Assembly (NCBI RefSeq): GCF_009914755.1
Contig: NC_060930.1
Length of the DNA stretch: 64,000 nt
Strand: one strand, 5' to 3'
Source of the DNA: the human T2T-CHM13v2.0 reference genome, Homo sapiens
Positions 43,652 to 56,885 of this stretch are shown piece after piece. Under the pieces are notes generated by a model that was not told the origin of the DNA, did not search any database, and saw only the letters and a list, made by a program, of their open reading frames with translations. The position numbers were made by a program, and so were the translations under genes. The stretch's first letter is position 1, and each line of letters begins with the position of its first letter.

Positions 43652-44702
43652 TTTATGTATATTTCTTAAATTTTAAGTTTCTCAAAGGGTGTCCATTCCC
43701 TGCTGCTAATATTTTCTTCACTATAGATGTCTTTGTGAGAAGGTTTGGTACTTTTCAAAACCTGTTGGTCTTAGAAAGAAGAAGGTAAGAATTGTGAAAA
43801 GCTGATTGCGACTGGTGCCCTTGTAGGTCAATAATGTCTATTTTGATGTGGCCTGAATATTTCACTTCATTTTATATGGTCGGATGCTCCATGTTAGGAT
43901 TAAGGGGTAATTAATAGTAATGTATGTGGAATTCAGTGTGAGTTGATTCATTCATCTGATTCTGTATTTAATATCTAAATGGGATCAGTGACACTGGTAG
44001 GATGGGTGAGAGAAGAAAATTGGCTAAAATTGCATCATGGAAGATCAGGCTTGGATGGGGTGCCATAGGTGGGCCTGAGGGGCAACATGAGATCCCAGGA
44101 GCACAAACTTAGAGGGGTGTTGAAAGATACCAAGACAAACTGTCTGCTTTAACATTTTGCCAACAGCCCTTCTGAGCCTCAAGAAAAAAAAAAAAAAAAA
44201 AAAAAGAAGGTGGACTCATTCTTGCTCTTTGGTGGCATGACCCTGGATTTCAGAATCTGGACCAGTAACTCTTACTACTAGAATTCAGTAATACTATAAA
44301 TATTTTTGGGGGGTTAACTTAGGAATTTTAATCATACTCACAACATTGTTTTTAAGGGAAAATGAATTCTGAGTTCCAAACAGTTGAATTACAAATGGAT
44401 TATATTCTAAAAGGGAACTGCTGATATATAAAATATAATATGGTTTTAGTAAATGCATTTTGTTTGCAAGCCTTTGCTCATGAGCAATGTAATAGGTACA
44501 GAAGTAGGAAGAAAATACTAAAACCCCTAAGAATCTAAACTATTTTATTAGGCACCTGAATAAATAAGTAGATTGTATAATAATTCTTGATTACCAGTAA
44601 ACTATTTCGGGGGGAAAACACTAATCTTACAATGTCTATTGTATTTTCTGATTATAATAAGAATGTATTTTTAGTACAGAAAACTGAAACAGATAAAAAT
44701 AG

Positions 44703-45064
<362 letters not shown>

Positions 45065-45916
45065 TAGGAGGAAAACAACAGATAAAACATTTTCATGAAT
45101 GTCCCATCTTTAGGGGAGACATGAATTCAGGTGAAAAGCATATTATTGATTTAATTTCACATGTTTTGGACATTTAAAGACAAAGTTACAGAACTTTATA
45201 GCTCAAGTCCCTTTACTCTTTAGAGATTGTTGGAGGTGGTGATGGATCCAGGTCCCCAGGTTATTATAATGTATTTTAAAGCCTAGAGAAATGTTACTAA
45301 TGATTAAAACATTTATTGAGCATTTTCTGTTTGCCCGGCACTGTTCTAAGAGTGTTATGTGTATTAATTATTTCCTTTCTTCCTTAAGAACTCTATGAGA
45401 CAGGTATTAGTAATATCTTTATTTTATAGATGAGGAAACAAGTACCTTATCTGAAATCAGGCAACCATGTTTTGATTCTAGAACTCTCTCTTAACTGTAT
45501 TATATTTTATTAATGAGACTACATAGGCTAAAATGCCCCCCCCCCCTTTTTTTTTAAGAAGTAGGCTGACCTGAAATTGAGTCACTTAATTATGGTTGTT
45601 TCATGCTTAACAGAAGCTCTGCAGTTATATATGTCTTTGGTCTGAAAAGCTAAAGCTAATAAGTTAGTAATGAGTACAGTCTAGGAAGCAAAATTATTAC
45701 CAGTTGAAAGGTTACAGGAGAAAAATAATAGGTGTTTTTTTTTTTTTTTTTTTTTTTGGTGAGGCATTTGGGATCTTGCTGGATTATGGTATGGTTGCTC
45801 ACTAATTACCTCTTCTTTTTAATCTCTGGGTGATCCCCTCTGATATCAACAAATCTTTGCTTTCTAAAAAGCAAGGTAGCGCTAAGGGAGTCATTTTGGA
45901 TTTTGTGGCAATTTAA

Positions 45917-46247
<331 letters not shown>

Positions 46248-46781
46248 TAGTTCAGGGCAACACCTCCCCGCCCCATATTCTTTGGCAGAGGTTTGAACCC
46301 CATATTCTTTGACAGAGGTTTGAACCTAATGAAAGAGGGAAGGAATTTAGTTTTGATGTTAGAGACTTTTTTCTTACCAGGGACACTTGAATCAATATGT
46401 TAAAATTTGAAGAGAGGAGTGAGTACTCTCTCTAGTATCTTTTCTTTTTGGGGGGCAGGTGGTGGGACTGCATTGATTTAACCATTGTGAAATCTAGGTT
46501 CCATTTTGAAAAAGAAGAGCATATGTAGACCTTCATGTACTTTGCATATACACAGTGTACTTCGTTGGTGCCTCAGTCTTTAAGGATTAACTAGGAAGAA
46601 TTTTCTTTCTGCATAGAAACTTTATAAAATAACGACATTGTTAATAATTCAGGCATAATATTACATTATACCTTTCTTGAATGCTGACGTTGCATACAAG
46701 GGTGATCTGTAAACCTCCATCATTTCCTTGCTCTCACTTTTAGACCTATTTCCTGACATAAAACCTTGGTGGTAGTTCTGG

Positions 46782-47064
46782 TTTTTTTTTTTTCTTCTTC
46801 TTTTTTTATTTTTGAGACAGGGTCTCACTGTGTCGCCCAGGCTGGCTGGCATGCAGTGGTGCTCAAGTGATCCTCCAGCCTGTGCCTCCTGAGTAGCTGG
46901 GACAACAAGCACAAGCCACCAGGTCTGGCTAATTTTTATATTTTTGGTAGAGACCCAGTTTCGCCATGTTGCCCGGCCGGTCTCAAACTCCTGAGCTCAA
47001 AGTGATCTGCCCCACTCGGCCTCCCAGATTGCTGGGATTACAGGCATGAGCCACTGTGCCTGGC
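46782..47064 (-). mobile_element. AluJ with internal deletion
   Basis: Diverged reverse Alu. Confidence 0.85.
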
Positions 47065-47721
47065 TGGTTCTGTTTCTTCTCTAGTCTTACTTCTGTCAGG
47101 CTCACTTACCTGACTTCATGTAGAAGCATTCTTCCTGGATCCATGTTATTCTCTTTTCTGCTAACCTGATATTCTCTTTCTAGCAGTGCTAGTTACTTGT
47201 TTCTTTCAGTATTCAGCATATATAGCTTTTCGTGACTGCTTCAGATTACACTCAAAATTCCACCTGCACAATGAAGCAGATACCACCTACGGACTTCCAC
47301 CTTCCCTTATTTCCCCTTCCATTTAGTCAGGGGCACCCTCCACTCCACCTGTGTATGGTTTGTATTTACTTTAGGTTGTCTTTAAGTTCTAAACTCCTCA
47401 AGGCACAATTTGATTTTGTTCTCTTGATACTGTGCCTAATACCTTTGTATTTCATAAATAATAAAATATACATATTTCTTATTTTTTATATACAATAATT
47501 TTGTGAGGATGTATTTAATAATGCTAATTAACAAAGCAAATACTGTACCTAAAACAAAATGCATGGTTATAATTGTCCGTTTGGTTTTTTATTTTTATTT
47601 TTTTTGAGAGTGAAAGTTTATTACAAATGAAAGATTTGACAAATTATTAAAAAAGCTGACAACCCACATAAACATCGCAAAATCTAGATGATTAATATTA
47701 TTTATTGTTTAACTCTTGACC

Positions 47722-47912
47722 TTTTTTTTTTTGAGACAAGATCTCACTCCGTTACCCAGACTGGAGTGCAGTGCCGTGATCAAAGCTCACTGCAGCCTGA
47801 CCTCTTGGGCTCAAGCAATCCTCCCACTTCAGCCTCCCCAATAGCTGGGACCACTGACAAACGCCACCATGTCTGGCCTTTTTACTTTTTGTAGAGATGG
47901 GGTTTCACCATG
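47722..47912 (-). mobile_element. Partial AluJ
   Basis: Right arm plus part of the left arm. Confidence 0.82.
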
Positions 47913-50581
47913 TATAGCTGTCCTTTTTATGTGTTTGTGCAACTATATTAGAAAATCCAGAATAATGGAATCATAAAAATAGCCCACGTTCAGATATGCT
48001 TTATAATAATCTGATTAGGATAAATATTATGTTTATCAACACAATTGTTTATTTGTTAAGAATGAAACACTGTGCTAAGGCTCTGCAGAAACATATAACA
48101 TGATAAATACCTTGTATTGGGGAGACAAATGAAGCGAATACAAGTGAGTCTGAAAAACATGGTACTGTGGAAACAATGGTAAGTAAACATACCAGGCAAA
48201 CTGTGTGGGAATAAAAGTATCTATTTTTAAAGAAAAAAAAAATTAGAGGCCCAGCAAATTTCAAATACTATTTAGCATGGGGCAGTTTTTTTGGATTTAT
48301 AAATTGGATTGAATCTCAAAAATTCATTGAAATGATGTGTGATTTATGGAACAAACTAAACATATGGAGGGTTTGTAGAGTAAAGGAGTTTCATTTTCAG
48401 CAGTTGTAGAAGTCTTGCTGAGGAGGCGACTTGTCGAGCAGCTTGAGATTATTATGGATTTTTACAGTAAGAGAAAATTGTAGGTAATAGCCTAATATGG
48501 TCTAATCTCAACTTTACCAGTCCCTGCCTCCATAAGAGTATAATAGTTTATGTGATGGCTTGAATGCCAGATGACCAGGTCCAGTGTGTGTGAGGGTGTG
48601 GTGAGTGAACTTGTTGGTATGTCTAGAGAACTTGGTCAGTTGTATCAGATAGACCTTTTAGGGTTATGAGGAAGAGATGTTAACTTCAGGAATGGGCCTT
48701 TGAGTGTACAATAGTGTAGGATAGTGTCTGTTTATTAATTGTGCATTCACTCTGGGTCCTCTTCCTTCCTAGACTAGGAGTTAGAGTACTCTTGGTGGAG
48801 AGAGCTTAGAATCACTTGGAAAACTGTGTAAACTCTAGTGACCTGCCCTCTCTGTGCCATAGTGTTTGTGAGAGGGTCTTTTTGGATAGTTTGCTAACAT
48901 TCCTGTGTAGTTGCCCTTGTTGAGCCAAGTTTGACCCTAGGTGTCCAGTCAGTCTATGGCATCCTTTGCTGGGACACCAATAGCTGGTTCAGCCTGGCAC
49001 AATCAGAATATTAGGGTTGTCTTCACTGATAGACACTGGCAACTTTATGCTGGAAGAACTTCTTGGGACACTTTTCCTGGGGAGGGGATGGTAGATTGTA
49101 GGTGGTTTGTAGCAGGTACTAAGGACCTTCAAGACTTCACCAGAATGCCAACATGTGGTTGTAAGAAGGGTTATGCTTGACGTGCCGAAAGGTTAGAATA
49201 AGATTGAAAACTAGCATTGGAGTAGGCTGTGGAGTAATAGAGCTTTGAAATCCTTTTTGAGGCTTTATGTGCTTTCAAAGAGGATGGCTTCTGGCAGTGG
49301 AGAGTAGTTTTTTCCATAAAACATTTACTTTGCAAATATATAACAAAAGACTGTTTCCACCTATATGACTGAAAAATGGAGCATTGACTATAAAACACAT
49401 CCTGTTATATTTTCCTGATTTGAACACAAAAGACATGTATTGCTCATCTAACACTGTGTATTTAATATTTCCTGCGTATGAGTGAAACCTGTTAAACAAG
49501 GTGAAGAAAATCTATAAAAGGTTAAGATGTTTTTAAAAACAATTTTTGGGGCAGCGTTTTGAAGACCAGTGTGTTTACTCCTTGAGGATTTATTAATGTT
49601 TAATTGGCTCTTTCGTGTTTATAGTGCTCTGCTGCAAACACCTTTTTTGATTTTACCAGTAGCTGCACTGCCATTTCTTTATACTAGAAGAGCTAGAAGA
49701 TTTGCTGCCAGGGCCAGCATTGTGCATGTCGTACTTTCATGCATGTATTATTATTTTAAAAAATCCTGTGTCTGTGGGAGCAGGTCAGCTACATTTCTGA
49801 TACACGTATGTTTTAGCCCTGGCTTCAACAAGGAGCAGCATGTTGTGATGTAAAGAACTTTGATTTTGGAGCCAGAAAGCCCAAGTTAGCATTTTGGCTC
49901 CACCACTTGTTAGCTTTGTTGCCTTGAATAAGACAACCTCTCTTTATTTCAATTCCATTACCTGCTTTACAGGATTGTTGAAAGGATCAAGTATGTTAAT
50001 GTATATACTAGTACTTTTTAGCTGAACAGAGAAAATTTATGTTTAGATTCTATCCATCTCATTGATTCTTTCTATTAAAGACAGATGATCCTGGCACACT
50101 TTTGCTTAAATTTTATTTCAGTGTTCTGTGTTTGGCAATTTGGACTTGGCCTGTAATATCTTCTGTTGCTGAACCCTTTCTTCTCTTCATCGCTCTTCCA
50201 TACCATCTGTAGCTATGATTGTCTGTAGTTGTCACCAGAGACTTTGTTGCTCTTTAAATAGTATATTGTATGTTACAAAATACATAATTTCTACCTACCA
50301 ATTTTCTGATCTTATGGTCTATTTTCATATCTTATGGTCATGAGCTAAAAATTAATGTTTGCTTATTGGGGAGGGGCATGATAGCAGCAGGCTGGAGACC
50401 TTCAGGTGAGGCTTTGATTTCAGTGATAGGTGAGGATTGAATTCATGAATGGCTTGCAAATATTGTGGGACTGGCCTTGTACCTCAATCAGTTTGTGTAA
50501 CATTTTAGAATGTAGTAGCTTTTCTCCATTGTCATTTGAATTTTGATGAATAATGATTTATTTTTCTGTCTTTAAAAAGGG

Positions 50582-50941
<360 letters not shown>

Positions 50942-51748
50942 AAAAAGAGTTTTTTTTTTTTTTTTTTGGAATGTACCTGTAAACCCAAAAGGACCTGAGG
51001 TAAGAAGTGGCAGTTTTATGGAGTACTTACATAGTAAAGAGGAATAATATTATAAAATATTATGGTTTTAAAATGCATGGCCTCCAGTAGTTTTTGTGGC
51101 TTATATTCAGAAGTTTGACTTAAAAAGAAATTCCAGAATTTCAAAAATTTGTTAGCCATAAGTATTTTGTGACTATGATGTTAATGAATTTGCACTCCCC
51201 CTGCTGGCTGACTTTTTAGGAAGACAGTGAGTTAGGAAAAGCAGAATCCTAATTCAGACCTGAGAATATCTGTCAAATTTTTTATTCTCTGTAGAAGTGG
51301 CTAAAGTTATAGGGGGTATCATTTTGAGTAAGAAATTGATTGCATTATGTCTTTCCTCATTTGGACTTGTTTGCAGTGATGTTTAGTGCCAAGGGGATAT
51401 TCACTTAGTTTTTTTTTTTTTTTTTTTTAAGTAGGTTTAGATTTTAGTTAACACTATATACCATATATTTACTCTTCTCTGTTTGTGACGGCCACATCAG
51501 GTACCTTTTTCACCCAGTTTTTTTTTTTCAAACAGAACAACTTGTAATTTCTGTGCCTTTATTTGATCATTTATTCATTTATGGGATGTGGCTTAGTTTC
51601 TGTAAAGCACTGATAGGTGTTGAGGTGGATGTAGAAGGATGAGATATGGTACTCCATGAAGCCTTAAAGCTTCTCTGCTGGAAATCTGTACCATATGCCA
51701 GTGAAATGTTAAATAAAAATGAGAGCAATGTCTAGTTAAATAGCATAA

Positions 51749-52161
<413 letters not shown>

Positions 52162-53175
52162 CTAGGTAGACAGGAGCGGGGAGGAAAAGGACAGGCATTC
52201 CAGGCTGAGGGGACAACATGATAAAAAAGACGAGTAGGAAATTAGTGTAATTTATTAAGGGTACAGTGAAAAAAGAACTGTTTCAGGGGCTTTACGTACT
52301 TACTTGATTTGATCCCAGCATTAATCTTCTGGTGTGGTATGAGTGTCTACATTTCACAGGTGAAGAAAGTAAGACTTACAGGGGTTAAAACTATTATGAA
52401 ATATTATGAAAGAATTATGAAACTTCTAGGTTTTCATCCTCCATATATCTGGCTGCAAATAAGTCTGTGCTCCTCTAGCAATAACTTCAGAGAGAGTTGG
52501 TTAGTACCACAGAGCCTTATGTATTATGATGTGTGGTTTTCACACTCCAAAATTTACTTAGAAATACTTCTTTTTAAGCATTACATATGGATAACTGGAG
52601 CTTTATTCTAATATTTCACTGTTTTTAGAGCCTTGTAAGCTTATTGAACTATTTCAAGTAGAAATAGAAAATATGTTGTATGTGTTTTGCTGCTCTGCAT
52701 CATAAGCATTTTCTTATAATCTTTCCCAGTGTTGTCACTGATGCAAATGGAATAATTGATTCATAACATTCTTTCTTATTAAGTTGGGCTATGACTTCAG
52801 AATTATTTTTTAAAAATGTGCTCAAAGAGGAAATAGCCTAAGAAAATTTTATTTTTTAAGTTATGTTTTGATTTCTGTTTACTTTTTTATATGTTTACTT
52901 TTTATTGAATTTTTTAATGTTAAAAAATTTAATTTTTAAGTTATATTTTGATTTTTGTTGTTTTTTAACCATATGTTTACTTTTTATTGAATTTATTAAT
53001 ATTGCAAAGTTCTTGCACTGCCAAACCATGCCTAAGAATTCAAAGAAAGAAATGGTACAGTAGACGGCCTCATTCACCCATCATACAGTATCTTAAAACT
53101 TGATTCATGTACATTTTGATATTTTCATAGTCTTTTAAGAAGTTATAACGAGTTGGAATTTAAATCTGCTGCAGG

Positions 53176-53505
53176 GGCTGAGCACAGTGGCTCATGGCTA
53201 TAATCCCAGCACCTTGGGAGGCTGAGGCTGGAGGATTGCTTGAGCCCAGGAGTTGAGACCTGGGTGACATAGTGAGACCCTATCTTTCCAAAAAAAAAAA
53301 AAAGAAAAAGCAGGCATGGTGGTGCTTGCCTATAGGCTCAGCTACTCAGGAGGTTGAGGTGGGCGGGCTCACTTGAGCTCACTCAGGAGGCTTGAGCTGG
53401 GGAGGTCAAGGCTGCAATGAGCTGTGATCGTGCCACAACACTCCAGCCTGGGTGACAGAGCGAGATCCTGTCTCTAAAAAAAACAAAACAAAACAAAAAA
53501 AAAAC
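53176..53505 (+). mobile_element. AluJ
   Basis: GAGGATTGCTTGAGCCCAGGAG, GAGGTCAAGGCTGCA. Confidence 0.88.
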
Positions 53506-54160
53506 AAAGTGCCCTGGGCCTTCAGATGTCTAGCATAGTATGGTATTACAGAACATCTCCACGTATTCATGTCAGTTCATTCCTCAATAACATAACCCCT
53601 AACAAAATTTTGCTGGGAAAAAAAAATGGGTATTTTCCAGGGAAAATATTTGGGCCAACTTCCAACTGATTATTTGTTAACGTTTTTTTTTTTCTCAGAT
53701 GAAGCCTTGTCTAACTAAAAATCCCCTATTTCTTATTTAATCACCCAGCCTCCCCTTGGCTTGCTCAGCTACTCACCCAAATCCATCAGAAGGCAGGCAT
53801 CGAGTAATGGCAACACTATTGCTGTGGTTGGCAGGTCTTGTCAGGAGATACTGTAACCTTCCTAGGAGTCTGATTCCTGCGCTGACACTTTGATCAAGAC
53901 TGAACTCCAATAGGAGAATGCTCCCACATCAGGATAAGTTTATTCACCTATTTGCTTTATTTACTCTTGCCAGAGGCAAGTCTGCAACTCCCTGCATTTG
54001 GCAAAGGGATTTATTAGAAGGAAACCCACATTCCACATCAAGTGGTCACATACCACTTTGAAATATTTCTATTGAATCAGATACAAAACTAGTAAATTGC
54101 CAGACTGTCTCATTAGGTGGAAAGAAACTTCTGTAATCCTGGGTAGGTTCCTCAAGTCCC

Positions 54161-54201
54161 TTTTAAGGACCAAAAACCGCAATTACTTTTGCACCAACCT
54201 A
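54161..54201. mobile_element. Solo arm of Made1 / Hsmar1 terminal inverted repeat
   Basis: CAAAAACCGCAATTACTTTTGCACCAACCTA (54171-54201) matches the Made1 arm consensus as I recall it. Confidence 0.88.
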
Positions 54202-55419
54202 CAGGTAGTTTAAACTGTAATTATTAAAAACAGAAGTGCTACATCACTTGTCTTTCACCCTGACTCTTCAAATGACAATAAAGACACACCAAAAGGTTGA
54301 TAATAGAACTAGTGATTTCTTTGATTTTTAATGATGACCTGTTTTAGTGTTATTGCTTAACAGTTTTAGGTTTCACAGGTTTTTTTTTTTTTCTTTTTCA
54401 GTTTAACCAAAATGGTTTCTGAAACATATTTTCAAATGGGTAAGCAGTCATGGCTTTGATTATAGTATCCACTTAATTAGGACCAGGCAGTCAGTCATCT
54501 GTTCTGGGAGACAAACCAGTCCAGGACAAGTAGCGTTTGGACAATATGCCAAATCCTGTCACATCACATTGTTGCTCTAAAATGGGTGGATGGATTGGGT
54601 TGATGGCATACGCTAAGCTCCATGAGGGCAGGGATTGTGGCTGGACTAAGTCTAGTGGCAATTAAATAGAGCTCAAATTAAATAGAGCTTTTGCTTTGAG
54701 GTCTGAATCCATCTCCATGATTTGTCACTAGACTAGTGACAAACAGTGGCTGGGATAGCATATGTTGTTTAGACAGCTTTTGCTTGTTCTAAAAGTTTGA
54801 ATGTGAATTGGGGTTTGCAACTCAAAATTTGTGTTTAATATTTGCACCTTATGTTTAATGAACATAAAGTTTGTGTAGGCCATGTGAAAATCAGAGACTG
54901 TATATTTGGCTGAATTGCTCTGTAATACATATATTTTATTTGGGAGCTCTCTGTATTACCGAGGACCAGGATAGAGACTCTTACTGTTTCTGACCTGATC
55001 ATTTAAGGGCAGGTTTTTGCCAGGTTATGAGACTGATGCATCATGCCTTGACCAGTTAAGATTAGTGACAATTTAAATTTTCTGCTTTTGATTTAAGTAA
55101 AAATTCAAATTAAATAGAGCTTTTGCTTTGAGGGCTGAATCCATCTCCATAATTTCTTTCTACATGCACATGTGTAGACAATTTCCCTTTATCTGTTCTT
55201 ACAGATAAACTTCTCCATAATTGCACACTTATCTGGGGATCTGAGATAAGCAAAATGATGGTTTCTTAATTAAATATGAGTACTGTGCAGTAGTAACCAT
55301 AATTCTAAATGAGGATTATGGATTTTTCTGGAAGATTCTTTTTTCCTGTGGAACATGATGAGAAATGTTTAGGAGAGGGGACATAGCCATTTTTGTATGA
55401 AGACCAATTCAAGAAAAAA

Positions 55420-55560
55420 ATATATGTATGTGTGTGGGTGTATATGTGTGTATATATGTATATATGTGTGTATGTTCATATGTTTATGTATGTTTATATA
55501 TGTGGTTATACACACACACACACACACACACACACATGCACACATACACGCACACTCTCA
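55420..55560. repeat. Compound (TATG/TG)n and (CA)n microsatellite
   Basis: Directly visible; pure CA run at ~55510-55536. Confidence 0.92.
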
Positions 55561-55574
55561 CTCTATATTTATTC

Positions 55575-56213
55575 TTTGGTATTCCTGGGGGATTGATTCC
55601 AGAACCTCCTGTAGATACCAAATCCGAGGATGCTCAAGTCCCTGATGTAAATAGCTTAATATGGCTGGGCGTGGTGGCTCACATCTGTAATCCCAGCACT
55701 TTGGGAGGCCAAGGCGGGCAGATCACTTGAGGTCAGGAGTTTGAGACCAGCCTGGCCAATATGGTGAAACCATGTCTTTACTAAAACTACAAAATAGCTG
55801 GGCATGGTGGCGGGCACCTATAATCTCAGCTACTCAGGAGGCTGAGGCACGAGAATTGCTTGAACCTGGGAGGTGGAGGTTTCAGTGCGCCGATAGCGTG
55901 CCACTGCACTCCAGCCTGGGAGACTGGGTGACACTTCGTCTCAAAAAAAATAAAAAATAAAAACTTTAGTATTTCCATAAACTTGCGTACATCATCCTGT
56001 ACGCTTTAAATCATCTCTAGATTGCTTATAATACCTCATACAATGTAAATGTTGTATAAATAGTTGTTGTATTGTTTTGTTTAGGGAATAATGACAAGAA
56101 AAAAGATCTGTACACGCTCAGTACAGGTGCAATTTCTTTTTCCGAATATTTTCAATCTACAGTTGGTTGAATCCATGGATGCAGAACCCACATTAAACAG
56201 AGAGCTGACTGTA
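55575..56213 (+). mobile_element. MER2 (TcMar-Tigger) split by an AluS (55663-55962, +)
   Basis: GATACCAAATCCGAGGATGCTCAAGTCCCTGAT...TTTAAATCATCTCTAGATT...GTTGGTTGAATCCATGGATGCAGAACCCA...GACTGTA. Confidence 0.88.
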
Positions 56214-56769
56214 TGTAAAATATGGCACACACAGATACACACGCACACACTTGTCTCTTGAAATTATGCCTTTTAAACTCAGATCAAACAATATCTGTCA
56301 TTGTACTTAAGCCTTATCTCTGAAGAATTTCCCTTTTTTGATGAAAAGTTAGAAACTACATATTTTACATGCATTGCAACATCTGTGACTTTGGGTTGGG
56401 GATGTGGTTTGAACAGTTTGGGTGGACAAAATAAATTGACTTCAGAGTTAAGTTGTAGACTCAGGACACGAAGGACAGTTGTGTTATAGCGTCACAGGTG
56501 CAGAGGAAGTCAGAGGCAAGGGAGTTGCCATTTGGAATGGAGAGCTGGGTTAAATAGGAGTAGGTCACAAAGAGTGTGGTCCGTAGGTAGGTTGCAAGTC
56601 GAACGGTAGGTGCAAAAGTGCAAAAACTTCTCTTTTCCAACTATGAAACTAGGAGTGGGGCTTTCACCCTTCAGTCTTCCTGCATCTTTAGCTGCTTTAC
56701 TTAATTTCTGGTCTGTGTGCCCTAATGCCATATCTCTGGTGGCAACTCCTATCTTTTTGCCCCTCACTG

Positions 56770-56885
56770 CTGTAGAGATGGAGGTCTCACTATATTGTCC
56801 CGGCTGGTCTCAAATTCTTGGCCTTAAACTATCCTTCTGCCTCCTCCTCCGCCTCCCAAACTGCTAGATGTGAGCTGCCCCAGGC
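56770..56885 (-). mobile_element. Diverged FLAM/Alu monomer
   Basis: TGTAGAGATGGAGGTCTCACTATATTGTCCCGGCTGGTCTC; GTGGCAACTCCTA on both flanks (56739-56751, 56892-56904). Confidence 0.7.

Noticed and set aside
55393-55730. ORFs rich in VYMC/HT repeats
   Set aside because: Translations of the (TG/TA)n(CA)n microsatellite.
56605-56619. GGTAGGTGCAAAAGT as the partner Hsmar1 TIR for the arm at 54171
   Set aside because: Only 14/15 similarity, the two arms face outward rather than enclosing an element, and no transposase remnant lies between them. Likely chance.
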